Under the pieces are notes generated by a model. The model was not told the origin of the DNA, searched no databases, and saw only the letters and a list, made by a program, of their open reading frames with translations. DNA of 64,000 nucleotides from Malacoraja senta (lineage: Eukaryota), in the NCBI GenBank assembly GCA_038087875.1, contig CM075988.1:17486001-17550000 (forward strand), given 5' to 3'. Shown here in pieces: positions 49,000 to 61,489 of the stretch. The position numbers and the translations under genes were made by a program. Numbering within the stretch: position 1 is the first letter of the stretch; the number at the start of each line of letters is the position of its first letter.

Positions 49000-50160
49000 T
49001 CTGTCGACGCTAGGGGTTGGGTGGGCACTTAAGAGGGTGGCAGGAAGCAGGAGATCAACTCTTAAGTGTATTGATTAAAACAGACCTCTGAATTATTAAT
49101 CGGCCGCATGCCTGCCGAGAACTCGCTACTTACTGCAGGCAGAAGGAAAAATCCTCAGCGAAAGACAATAATAAATCTCAAGAATTATATCTCATCGTTC
49201 AAAGCTTCTAACCTAACGACTGCAAACTAGCAAGGCTGCTGCACTGTAACTGGGGCGGTTTAACATTTCGCGTAGAGTGTTGTCATGGTCTTAAAGCACA
49301 TCTTGCTAAAACTCCAGGGCATAATCCATGGGCGTTGGGTCCATGTCGCTTCTCCGACCAACCTCGGGAGATAAGGGTTGTTCTAGCGGACAGGATCCAG
49401 CCGGTGATTATATTCGCTCGCGTTAAAAAGGGGAGGCAGGCGGAGGAGACCGCGGATATCTTTGGGAATGAATGATGTGCAACGAGAGAGGAGAGAGGGA
49501 GGAGGGGGGAGGACATCCATTGTAACTGGTGAAACCAGCCGAGACCCGCCGTCAAAATAAAATAAAGCAAATAGCAAATATTTCACATGCACAAAACTGG
49601 GCGCAAAACTGTTCCGAAATAATATCGGTGCGAATGATATGCTCTGTCGTCATTGAGAAACTAATTTGGCAAAGGAAAAAAATAAACAATATATAATTTA
49701 AAAGCTAGTATCTACTCAAAGATTGCAGCAGGCGCTCCATACCTCTGTGTTAATGCGGTTTGTAGATAGATTACAGCGTCGCTCGGGACCCTACAGTCGA
49801 TCCCCTCTTACCCGCCCCATAGACTTGCAGCTCCGATTATTCCCCTTACAACACACACACGCCCTCTCTACTCCAGCGTCTAATCGGCAAAGCAGCTCTA
49901 ATCCTTCCTTGTTTAAACCATGGTTTCAAATAAAAAAATCAATAATCCCATTTAAATCGCTGATGATCCCGCGGGCAGAATTCCGAGTGGCTGCAATCTT
50001 TTTGCTTATGTATACCTTACATTCTTAAAACACGTCGCAAACTGCTCCAAATTAAAGACACCAATGTACAGACTCGTTGGGCGACTTTGAGAGCCCTTTG
50101 TTCATTGTATTGGCCGAGGCGCAGGAGAGTCGCCCAGTTGCGATGATGTTATTACAAGGA
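49000..50160 (-). promoter_or_regulatory. CpG-rich candidate ABCG4 promoter and non-coding first exon
   Basis: Repeat-free, CpG-enriched stretch about 13-14 kb upstream of an ATG exon that has its own splice acceptor, so an upstream exon is required. Minus-strand donors: GAG|GTATGG (exon end 49743) and GCA|GTAAGT (exon end 49134). CCAAT/ATTGG motifs near 50061 and 50110. Confidence 0.6.
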
Positions 50161-50314
50161 GGTTGGACCCACTTCTAAAGGAAAGGTACCTGCACCGAAA
50201 CTTGTCTCCCCGTCATCAACAAATGCTCCCTCCTTCAGATGAAGGAAACTCAATGCACAGTATTTTGTGTTCCAATGGTGGGACCCACCTGTGCTGATAA
50301 CGGAAACATTTGTA

Positions 50315-50545
50315 CCCACAAAATGCTGGAGTAACTCAGAGGGTCAGACAGCATCTCGGGAGTAAAGCTTCGGGTGGGGACTCTTCAGACTGACATTAAT
50401 CAGACTTTCAGTGTGAAGAAGGGTCTCGACCCGAAACGTCACCCATTCCTTTTCTCCAGAGATGCTGCCTGACCCGTTGAGTACCTCCAGCATGTTATGT
50501 CTATCTTCGGTTTAAACCAGCATCTGCAGTTCCTGCCGACACATA
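50315..50545. mobile_element. Inverted pair of Penelope terminal repeats
   Basis: Minus copy then plus copy with GAAGAAGGGTCTCGACCCGAAACGTC. Confidence 0.75.
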
Positions 50546-50769
50546 TAATTTTCCTCTCCTTGCTTCTCTGGTACCTAGACTCTTTTTTTCTCAACTCCGT
50601 GAAAGATACTGAACCTGAAACTTCTCACTTCACAGAAGATGCTGCCTGACCTGCTGATTTTTCCCACCATTTTCTGTTTATATTTCAGCTTTTTTTATGG
50701 ACTCTTCATTCCAGCTCCCACCCTACCTCCACCTTATTTCAGCAAATTTTTTTTGATTGATGAAAAGAC

Positions 50770-50940
50770 ATAAAACAGGCCCTTCGGTCCACCAAGTCCA
50801 TGCCAGCCATCAATCAGCGGTTCACGCTAGTTCTGACATCACATTTTCTCCCCCACTCCCTACACACTAGAGACAATTTACAGAGGCTAATTTCCTACAA
50901 ACCTGCATGTCTTTGGGATGTGGGAGGAAACTGGGACAGT
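50770..50940 (-). mobile_element. V-SINE 3' fragment
   Basis: Tail and part of the V-domain. Confidence 0.65.
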
Positions 50941-51107
50941 GTTGCTGGCAGCACTGTATACTGGGCGCAGGCTGGGTAGTTGTTAGGTATTAGACCCATC
51001 CTCTCTTATTCTTAAATGAATGAGCCAGCAATGGTATGGAGTTCACCCTCTGAAATTATGCGCATGTAAGAATTGTCAGCAGCGCACACCGAGGTGGGAT
51101 GGGATGA

Positions 51108-51328
51108 GTAAGAAGGAACTGCAGATTCTGATTTAAGCTGAAGACACACAAAATGCTGGAATAACTCAGCAGGACAGGCAGCATCTCTGAAGCAAAGGAA
51201 TGGATGACGTTTTGGGTCGAGAACCTTCTTCACTTTGAAGTTTGAAGAAGGGTCTTGACCCGAAACGTCACCTATTCCTTCTCTCCAGAGATGCTGCCTG
51301 TCCCGCTGAGTTTCTCCAGCATTTTGTG
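51108..51328. mobile_element. Inverted pair of Penelope terminal repeats
   Basis: Minus copy about 51108-51232, plus copy about 51241-51328. Confidence 0.75.
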
Positions 51329-52469
51329 GTCCATCTGTTGGGATTGGAAGACCTTGATTGTGGAGCATTTGACCACATTCCCACTAGTCCTGTAGGTTCG
51401 CTCCACTCCAGTGGGAAGTCTATTGGAGGCAAGTTGCAACATAGCAGTCAGAAAGATTTGAAACATATTTGAATAATGACAGGTGCTTGTTTAATGCCAG
51501 TTTCAATGAGATTGTGAATCCATTGGTTAGGGTCATGTCTTGCATGTCGTCATAAAGTAAATGTAAGTCGGAGAATAATTTCTGTAGGCAGCCAAATTTG
51601 AGGGGAATGCTCCACTGCCCTCCCGCATTGATAGTCAAAAGCTTCAGAGAAATTGAAAAAGATCAATATGATGGTGGATGATGCTCGCGGCATTTTGCCT
51701 GGAATATTGGTATTGGCATTGGTTTACTGTTGTCAAATGTACCGATGAAATGAAAACCCACCTCTCAATGGTTCAATCAATGGTTCCATGGTTTCTTTAT
51801 TATCACATGTACCCAAGTATAGCGAAATACTTTTCTTGCAATTAACTCAGCAAGACTATCGCCATACATGAGCACAGTCCTCCATTTGACCAGAGTAAAC
51901 AGAACAGCCCACTGAGTCTATATGCAAGAGGTGCCATTTTGGTGCCATGTACAGCTGGCCACAAAGGCCTATTGCAGCCGTCACCTCCATTCTGATACAA
52001 ACCACACTAGTAAACCAATACCAATACTCCAAGTCTAAAATTGGAGTAAAAATCTATTTAGTCTCTTGGGCCTGTAATTCCATTCAATGTTCTCCTTCCA
52101 GTAGTGACGCTGGAGAGGCTGCATTGAACAAGACTGTAATTCCAATTAGTGTGGCATAATGGCAGGAAATTTAGTTGCTAGGAATTTCTGTAGGGGTCTC
52201 CTGTGATTAGATCTCCATGGATTTTGCCATCATCAGGATTTCACATCCTTATTGCACTGTGTGACCGAAGGATTGCTATAGAAACTGCCCTCGCCCAACA
52301 AAGACACTGGAAACCTATAGTCATGGTATCTCTTCAAGAAACTGATGAAAAGAACATTTGCTTAAAATCCAAAAATGACCCGTGAAAATTCTTTGTTCAG
52401 GAAAGAAAGTTTATACTTGTGAAATATGACATTACATATTACCATGTTTTAAACCGTTCGATGTGCTTC

Positions 52470-52840
52470 AGACAGAATCTCACCCCAGACACTCCCTCTT
52501 CTCCCCCCTCCCATCAGACAAGAGGTACAGAAGTGTGTAAAAGCATCACTCCAGATTCAGGGACAGTTTCTTCCCAGCTGGTGACAGGCAACTGAGCCAT
52601 CCTATCACCAACTTGACAGTAGTCCTGAGCTACTATCTATCTCATTGGAGACTCTCGGACTATCGTTAATCTGACATTTCTGGAAATTATCTTGCACTAA
52701 ATGCTATTCCCTTTATCCTGTATCTGTACATTGTGGGCAGCTTGATTGTAATGATGTATAGTCTTTCCGCTGACTGGATGGCATGCAACAACAAAAGCTT
52801 TTCACTGTACCTTGGTGCACATGACAATAAACTAAACTAA
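52470..52840 (+). mobile_element. Rex1-like LINE 3' end
   Basis: SPLPSDKRYRSV...RFRDSFFP motif; tail GACAATAAACTAAACT. Confidence 0.7.
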
Positions 52841-53376
52841 AAAAAAAGGATTGAGTGCATTTACTATGATGTGTACATGGATATGCCTACATAGAACTAC
52901 CAAAAGCTAATTGACCAACGGATCCACTTTCTTGATGATTGCTTGAAGCTACAGTGCTCAGAATATGCCCATGGCTTCTGTTTACTTTGAATTTTGAATC
53001 ATTCAGAGCAGATGGAGCTGTGTACATTATCGAATGAAGGATGGTACATCCCAACAAAAGCAATCCATTAGCTTGAAGCTGAAATAGCACTCAGTTGCTG
53101 GTAGAGATTGCACAATGCTTACTTCACTGAAATCATCATGTTAGTAACTAAGTAAAGGAGGTATAACACAACTCAAGATCCGTCGGCATTACTTTTTATA
53201 CTTGTTCTTTCCACACGTTCCTTTCGCTCCTCACACCACTTCATTGCAAGATGGCAACGGTGACTGCACTTTCCAGAGAAGGATTTACCATCATCTGATA
53301 CAATCGCTCTATTCTTTAAAATATATTATCTATCTGTGAATCTACCAACATGATGTTGACTACTGGAGAGACAGTT

Positions 53377-53770
53377 TTTGTTTTTTTTAATTTTTATTAG
53401 AAGTACAATAATGTAGTACATAAGTACTTAATACACACTGAGATATTACAGTTCATGTACAACTTCTTATTTTTAATTTAACACTAAAACAGAAAATGAT
53501 GAAAGGAAAGATAGAAGAAGAGAGAGTATTGTAAGAAGTGGTGATAGTGTTAGTGCGTGAAATAGTAAAGAAAGCCTGAAGAAAGAAACAGGTAAACAAA
53601 AAGGTAGAAAAGGGTGAAGAGAAAAATAGAAAGGAGAGAAGAAAATAGAAAAAAAAGAAGGAAATAAAAGGAAAGAAATTAAGAGAGATATACCTATTTA
53701 ATATCTTTACCCACCCCTCACCCGGTTCTGCAACATTTAATTTCTACGGTTGTGTTGCACCATATGCTTG
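53377..53770 (-). mobile_element. Poly(A)-tailed LINE 3' end (L1/Tx1-like) with 16-bp TSD
   Basis: TACTGGAGAGACAGTT duplicated at 53361-53376 and 53771-53786; poly-T and TTTATT at the left end. Confidence 0.75.
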
Positions 53771-54220
53771 TACTGGAGAGACAGTTGACGGCACCCGGGA
53801 CAGGCTGGGTTAGCACCCCAGTCTGTGTCTTTCGTGAGAAACACACCCAATAAAGCTACAGAAAGGCCCAATGAACCACCGTGGCCTAAAAATCCATCAG
53901 GCGAGAATGAAATGCTCGGAGAAGGAGAAAGAGGTGCAGCGCACAGGTCTTGAACCCGGTGGGACGCAGGAGGAGCCCGGCCAGGACTCACTCCACAGAG
54001 CCCAGTCCCTCCACGCACTAGAATCTCTCAACCCTTGCAGAGTAGTTATTAAGATGGCTGATCCGTGGGCGGTTGTTGCTGGGATGCAAGTCGGGGCCTG
54101 ATCAACCCCAGCTGGGTCACCTGGGCGAGGGTGTCTGATGTTGTGAGACCCGAAACACCTGATGACCCCGGGTCACATCACTGAGGATGCGTCCCAGCGC
54201 ATCTAGAAGATGTATATTTT
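53771..54220 (+). mobile_element. Internally deleted Hero-like (R2-group) LINE
   Basis: ORF 53871-54101 NHRGLKIHQARMKC...QRTGLEPGGTQEEPGQDSLHRAQSLH resembles the Hero N-terminal zinc-finger region. It joins a Hero-like 3' end (CCTGATCAACCCCAGCTGGGTCACCTGGGCGAGGGTGTCTGATG...GACCCGAAACACC). Confidence 0.6.
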
Positions 54221-54240
54221 TCACACTGATATAGGGAGAG

Positions 54241-54494
54241 ATAGACAAAAAAAGTTGGAGTAACTCAGCGGATCAGACAGCATCTCTGGAGCAAAGGGAT
54301 AGGTGACGTTTCGGGTCGAGACCCTTCTTCAGACTGTGAGTCTTTCCCTTTCCCCTGACTCTCAGTCTGAAGAAGGGTCTCGACCCGAAACGTCACCTAT
54401 CCCTTTTCTCCAGAAATGCTGTCTGACCCACTGAGTTACTCCAGCTTTTTGAGTCTTCGGTTTAAACCATCATCTGCAGTTCCTTCCTACACTA
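54241..54494. mobile_element. Near-perfect foldback pair of Penelope terminal repeats
   Basis: Hammerhead-like cores on minus (54332-54305) and plus (54367-54394) strands. GATATAGGGAGAG is duplicated at 54228-54240 and 54495-54507. Confidence 0.85.
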
Positions 54495-54920
54495 GATATA
54501 GGGAGAGGTTGAGCAGGCTAGGATTTTATTCCTTGGAGCGCAGGAGAATGAAAGGTGATGTAATGGAGGTGCATGAGAGGAATAGATAGGGTAAATGCAC
54601 CGTCTTTTATCTAGAGCAAGGGGAATCAAGAACCAGACGTCACAGGTTTAAGGTGAGGGGGGAAAGATTTAACAGGAACCCGAGGGCACCTTTTTTGACA
54701 CAAAGGAAGGTAGGTAAATGTAACAAGATGCCAGAGGAGGTAGTGGAGAATGGTTGTGGACAATGTTTAAAAAACATTTGGACAGCTACATGGATAGGAT
54801 AGGTTTAGAAGGATATGGGGAAAATGCAGGCAGGTGGGACTAGTGTAGATGGGGCATGTTGGTCAGCTGGGCAAGTTGGGTCGACGGGCCCCTTTTGCAC
54901 GCTGCACGACTCTTTGACTG
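54495..54920 (+). mobile_element. CR1-type LINE 3' fragment
   Basis: YRERLSRLGFYSLERRRMKGD...RRHRFKVRGERF plus tail. Confidence 0.8.
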
Positions 54921-56023
54921 TACACTGTGTCTTCCACTTTGTTCTACCTAATATATTTATGCTTGATATGAATGTATTTGTGTGTAGCATTATCTAATCT
55001 GATTGGAAAGCGTGCAAAACCAAGATTTTCACTGCATCTTAGTATGTGACAATAATAAAGCTAACCTTCTCCCCGTTTCTATCAAACCCTTGCACTGATT
55101 AACAGCAAAAAATGGACTGTCAAAAACGCACTGACTGAGTTTAAATATAGATTAGTTATAAATATTGCATTATCTCATGAATTTAAAACATGGTTATATT
55201 TCACCAACGCAAGGGTGCATTGGCCAAATTTAAGATTTAAGATGAATTATTTGGATGAATTTAAAACAAGGTCTTTATTAACGATGCAAATGGTCAAATA
55301 TTGCATAATTAAATTAAGTGACTATGCAGTATTTATTTATAATCTCAAGATCGTCAATGTTTCTTCAGTTCCTGGTCTTCATGAGGTCCACACTTACTTG
55401 TGTGGTGTGTTTTCCCCTTTCTACCTGTATGTGACACTGAGATGATAAATGTTCATTTTCAATAACATGGAGATTGAGTAAGTCCCTATACTTAGCCATT
55501 TAAAATGCAGCGTGATACTTCTTCAAGATAATTTGCTCTTTATCATTACTCCACAACTTACAATGACAATTTTTGTTGTTTCTCCTCTGGTAATAAATTT
55601 AGATCATTGGAAACCAACAGCTTGTTTCAGACTCTTTTATGCCATTCAATAAAAACCACCTAAGAAGGGATGGATCAGCTTATCTCTCTCTCTCTGCACT
55701 TCCTGACGGAAACATCCGTTTCTTTGTTTTGTAAGAATCACCCTTGACCAGTTTTATTCGTTAAAGTGATATTAATGGAGATTTTATCTTTGTTGGGAGA
55801 TGAAGCTTTTGCTATTTCCGGTTAATCCAGGATCAGTACCAAACACTGCCAGGTCAGGTGTAGTGTGGATTTGATGAAGAGCAAAGCTTCCTCAATTCAA
55901 ACTCCCATCCAAGGGCACGTGTTGATGGTTGGGGAGAGGGTGTGGGTTGGGGTTGATGTTTGGCAAGCAAAGGCAAAGTTTATAGACACATGCACACATA
56001 CTTCCTTCATACTATTAAAAATA

Positions 56024-56690
56024 CAAGTCGCAGGTAGATAAGGTGGTCAAAAAGGCTTTTGGCACATTGGCCTTCATCAGTCAAAGTATAGAGTACAGAA
56101 GTTGGGAGGTCATGTTGCAGTTGTATAAGATGCTGGTGAGACCGCATTTAGAATATTGTGTTCAGTTCTGGGCACCAACCATATTACAGGAAAGATATTG
56201 TCAAGCTTGAAAGGGTTCAGAGAGGATGTTGCCAGGACTAGAGGGTATGAGCTATAGGGAGAGGTTGAGTATGCTGGGTCTCTATTCCATGGAGTGCAGG
56301 AGGATGAGGGGTGATCTTATAGGTGTATAAAATCATGAGAGGAATAGATCGGGTAGATGCACAGAGTCTCTTGCCCAGAGATGGGGAATCTAGGACATAG
56401 GTTCAAGGTGAAGGGGAAAAGATTTAATAGGAATTTGAGGGGTAATTTTTTCACACAAAGGGTGGTGGGAGTATGGAACAAGCAGCCAGATGAGGTAGTT
56501 GAGGCTGGGACTATCCCAGCGTTTAAGAAACAGTTAGACAGGTACATGGATAGGGCAAGATTTTGAGGGATCTGGAACAAGCGCAGGCAGGTGGGACTAG
56601 TGTAGGTGGGACATGTTGGCCAGTGTGGGCAAGTTGGGCCGAAGGGCCTGTTTCCACACTGCATCACTCTATGACTCTATGACTATGACT
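56024..56690 (+). mobile_element. CR1-type (HER1-like) LINE 3' fragment
   Basis: MLQLYKMLVRPHLEYCVQFW and GHRFKVKGKRFNRNLRGNFFTQRVVGVWN; (ACTCTATG)n tail. Confidence 0.9.
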
Positions 56691-58494
56691 GCATGCATGT
56701 GTGGAATCACAAAAGGCAGAATATTTACATTTCTGGGCATTCTCGTTCTGTATTTCATTTCAATCCAATCCTAGAAAAAAATCCTTTGTTGGCTTAATTT
56801 CCCATACTAGACATCTTGGGGCCGCTGAGTAAAATTGCCAGTCTAGCTTTACATTTTGAGATTTGGCCATGCTCAACATGAGAAAGCCATTCCCTCACTA
56901 AAGCATACCCATGTATGCTAACATTCAACAAGCCAAACCTGCCCTGCCTTCTAACATCATCCACCATCTTATTTTTGTAACTTCACCCAAAATAAAACCC
57001 AATCAGTTCCCATTTGAAATTTTCCATTGACTGAACCTCAGCAAATAATTGGGATATAGTTTCAGTCTCCACTCTCCTTAACGTGACTTCAACTCTGCAT
57101 GGCTTCCGCACCATTTTAACATCATGCCCTCTGCCACACACCAGGGAGATAGCGTTACTTAGTAGAAACAAGGAACTACAGATGCTGGTTTACCAAGGAA
57201 AGACACAGAATGCTGTAGTAACTAAGCGGGTCAGGCAGCATGCTTGGAGAACATGGATAGGTGATGTTTCGGGTTGACTCTCGACCCTTCTTACAGACCA
57301 CTTGTCACAGACCTTCAGTCTGAATAACAACCTTCCACCATTACACTCTACCTCCTTCCAGGAAGTCAATTCTCTATCCCGTCAGCTAGCTCACCTTGAA
57401 GAGCTAGTTGACTACTCACTACTTTAAAAAGGTGAATACAAGAGACCTTAACTTTTTATCTCACAAAAGTTACCTTACATAGAGTTTCCGAATTTGAAAT
57501 ACAGAGACATTTTTGCGTTTTGGAAAGACTGCCAATTAGCACACAGCAATACTCCATATACAATAAAGACACAAATCACAATGTTTATGATGGAATGAAA
57601 GAATATTGTCCAGATATCAAAATAATAATACTTTATAAATGATAATACTTTGGTTTATTTGTCATATGGACAGCAGCGAAGCCCACAATTCCTGGTTATT
57701 TATACCCAATCTATAAATGTTTCATGGTAGATTAGGTATAACAAAATCTTCATCATTAGTTTGTACTACGGGAAGAAATCTTTTGGATATACTTTAATCA
57801 CCATTTATTCATAGAAGAGCAACGGCCAAATGGGTCGTGAAATCTATCATTTGTTGTTTGGGCTGTGTTGCCTTGTTTAAAGAAACAAAGAGATGAATAA
57901 ATCAGCTCATTTGTTGACTGATTAATGAGAGGAATTAATAGTAATTTCACCACCACTTGGAGTTCCATTCACTGTAGCACACAGAGCACCTGAACCATGC
58001 TTTACTGTGACGGCGTCTAAAACCGGAGCCCAACAAGCTATTGCATTTCAGCACCATTTTTGTTTTGTGCGCAATATTCTCGACACAGAGATTTGTAACT
58101 TAATATTTTAATGAACATGTCGTTCAAATGTAATTTACATTCCCATTTTATCTGAATCTCTATTCTGCAGTCAGAACCAGGTGAATGGAAACATAAGGAA
58201 CTTACGTCTTCATATACAGTATCCCTCTCCCCTGACTCTGTCTGAAGAAATGTCTCCACCTGAAACGTCACCTATTCCTTTTTTCCCAGAGATGCTACCT
58301 GACCCGCTGAGTTACTTCAGCAATTTGTGTCTATCTAAGGAACTGCAGATGCTGGAATCTTGCATAGAACACAAAGTGCTGGAGTCACTTAGTGGATCAG
58401 GCAGCATCTCTGTCGAGCATAAATAGGCGATGTTTTGGGTCAGATAGGTGACGTTTCATGGATCCAGAGATGTTGCCTGACCCACTGACTTACT

Positions 58495-58750
58495 TGCGGT
58501 TGCAGCCCCTAGACTGTGGAACAGCATCACCTTTCCCATCAGAACTGCCCCCTCCATCGACTCTTTTGAGTCAAGACTAAAGACTTATCTATACTCCCAA
58601 GCCTTTCCTGACATCCTCTGAGTGAGGGCTACATGTATACATGTATGTAGTTTGTTTTGTGCTATTCTTATAACAGATGTAAAGCACTTTGGCCAACGAG
58701 AGTTGTTTTTTAAATGTGCTATATAAATAAATGTGACTTGACTTGACTTG
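58495..58750 (+). mobile_element. L2-type LINE 3' end
   Basis: AVAAPRLWNS...FESRLKTYLYSQAF; tail GTGCTATATAAATAAA plus (ACTTG)n. Confidence 0.8.
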
Positions 58751-58937
58751 ATGTGCACTTTGTGTTTTACACCAGGTTAATGAATCTTGCTCAAGGTGTC
58801 ATGGTAGATAGGAATTAATTTCACATCCCCTGGAATAGAGAAAGGCAACTTTATTTTCAAAATTGTGCCTGTGACTGATTCCCAATCAGAACATCAACCA
58901 ACTGGAAGGTATGAATCTGCCTGATAGTTTACAGATG

Positions 58938-59041
58938 ATAGATACAAAGTGCTGAAGTAACTCAGCGGGTCAGGAAGCATATCTGGAGAAAAAAGATGGG
59001 TGACGTTTCGGGCTGAGACCCTTCTTCAGACCTTTACACCA
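58938..59041 (-). mobile_element. Penelope terminal-repeat fragment
   Basis: Core at 59029-59002; GATAGTTTACAGATG duplicated at 58923-58937 and 59042-59056. Confidence 0.8.
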
Positions 59042-59834
59042 GATAGTTTACAGATGTTGGCTTGAAATAGCATAGGCATTTAATTAATTAACACAATGGA
59101 ATTTCACCAAGGCTAGTAGATATATTGAAAGAACTGCCTCCTGAGTGAAGTGATGAATGACAGATGGAGAAATGTAACTTGGTGCTACTCAGTAACATGA
59201 ATATTGAAGGCAAGAGCAGTAGAGAAAAATATCTATTTTATACACGTATGGGATCAGGATTTTTCAGTATTCAAGCCTATGCTATCCATCTTGCAAATTG
59301 TACACCAGTGTGTGTGTGGAATGCTGCTTCCTCTGTTCCTCCATTTCCGTGTTAATCATGTAATATAGGGAAAAATGAGATGCTTGAAATTCCCAGGCTC
59401 AGGAGAGTGGAATATAATTCACTAATCCATTGACAATACTTCACATTAAGCAAATTCTTAATTGCCATCACTCCTTGTCAAAGTGTTTGCTAGCATCTGT
59501 TCTTTACTGGCCACAGTGGAAATGCCTTTAAACTTTTGACATTCAGCTTCTGTGAAATAGTTCACTGGGGCCCTTGAGATAGCGTCATTATAAAAATAAA
59601 GAAGACTCTTCCAAGCAGCAAGGTCAAGGTGACAAAACACACTGCCACTGATGGAGAAGGAGACACTTGCAAAAATGTCCCAGATGCAAATGTAAAGGAG
59701 AGGCTATGGAGAATTTGTCAATGAGGAAGAGTCTACAGGTTTGCAGAATTAGGGGTCCAGGCAAAATGTGAAGGTTGACAAGAATGGAAATGAAGGGTCA
59801 TGTTGATAAATGGGATGAGTGGGAAAAGGGAAGA

Positions 59835-60130
59835 TATGGGTTAGCATATGACGAGCGTTTGACAGCACAGGGCCTCTAACTCGCTGGAGTTTAGAAGGTT
59901 GAGGGGGGACCTCATTGAAACTTACAGCATAATGAAAGGCGTAGATAGAGTGGATGTGGAAAGGATGTTTCCACTGGTGGGAGAGTCTAGGACCAGAGGT
60001 CAGAGCCTCAGAATTAAAGTGTGCTCTTTCAGAAAGGAGTTGAGGAGGAACTTCTTTAGTCAGAGGGTAGTTAATCTGTGGAACACGTTGCCACAGAGGG
60101 CTGTGGAGGCCAAGTCAGTGGATATTTTTA
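59835..60130 (+). mobile_element. CR1-type LINE fragment
   Basis: RGDLIETYSIMKGVDRVDVERMFPLVGESRTRG...NLWNTLP. Confidence 0.85.
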
Positions 60131-60354
60131 TTCTCTCCCTGTTAAGGTACATGTGAAACATAATCCAGGACAGCATGTGAGTAAGGCCAAGTGCAGAAGG
60201 GTCCCAACCCGAAATATCGCCTATCCACGTCTTCCAGAGATGGTGCCTGACTAGCTGAGTTCCTCAAGTACTTTGTGTCTTTTCCAACATGTGGGTTTTG
60301 GACCAGCTGGAGTTTATGAGAGATAAGAGGGTTTGAAAGGAGTGCTTCATATCC

Positions 60355-60710
60355 ATATAGAATCATAGATTGTGGACACAGGCCTTTCGGCTCAACGTGT
60401 CCATGCCGACCCATATGCCCATCTATGCATGTCCCACCTGCCTGTGTTTGGCCTATATCCCTCTAAACTTGTCCTATCCATGCACCTGTCTAAATGTTTC
60501 TTAAACACTGCAATAGTACCTGCCTCAACTACCTCTTCCGGCAGCTTGTTCCACATACCCACCACCCTTAGTGTAAAAATGTTACCCCCTCAGGTTCCTA
60601 TTAAATCTTTCCCCCCTCACCTTAAACCTATGTCCTCTGGTTCTTGATTCGCCTCCTCTGGGTAAAGGACTCTGTGTGTTTACCCGATCTATTCCTCTCA
60701 TGATTTTGTC
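60355..60710 (-). mobile_element. CR1-type LINE 3' end
   Basis: Reverse-complement match to the 56330-56690 region. Confidence 0.85.
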
Positions 60711-61489
60711 TGATGATATAGTAGGATGATGACCTTGGTGGGATAGTGTGTGTATTGACCATTCCTAATTGTCCTTGGAAAAGTGATGGCAGGGTTGGTT
60801 GGGAGTTCCCTGCTTTTGATCCAATGGTGATGAACAAAAGGCACAAATTTTGTGAGCTAAGATGGTATATGGCTTGGAATGGCAGTGGTGTTCTCATTGA
60901 CATTTAACCTTGAGGTGGTAGATTCTGGAGGTTTGGGTGCTGTTGTGGAAGTCTAGGAAGATTGCAGCAGCACATTTTGTTGATCATACATCGTGTATCT
61001 ATGGCGGACCAGTGGTGGGGGATGGTGGATCAAACCACTGGCTTTGACCAGGGTGCGTCTGAGCTTCTTTAATAATGTAAGAGCAACATTTACCTTGGCA
61101 AGTGGAGGATGTTCCATTACTTGTGAACAAAAGGCAAAAAGCATTAAAGATGCTGAAAATCTAAAATATAAACAGACAAACTCAGAAGTACTGAGCAGAT
61201 CAAACAGTATCTGTGGGAGGAGGAAGAATGTTAATGTTTCAGGTCATCAACCTGAAACATTCGCTTTGGGTCAGTCTCCATAGGTATATCCACTTTGTGA
61301 CTTTCCCAGAATCACTCGCTACAGAATGTTAAGACCTCCTCTTATACCCACAGAACCTTAGTAGGAGGCTGACTTAAATGTCATGAATGGCTCCTAGGAT
61401 ATTGATGATAGAGGATTCAAAGATGGCAATGCCATCAAATATCAAGCGTGTTAAGTTAATTAATTCATCTTGTAGAAGGGTGGTCTTTG

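Noticed and set aside
50078..50136. 9-bp inverted repeat TGGGCGACT...AGTCGCCCA as a structured RNA
   Set aside because: Short arms with a 41-nt spacer; compatible with chance or paired factor sites.
54130..54162. Hammerhead in the Hero-like 3' end (CTGATG...GAAAC)
   Set aside because: The CUGANGA box is incomplete and no stem II forms.
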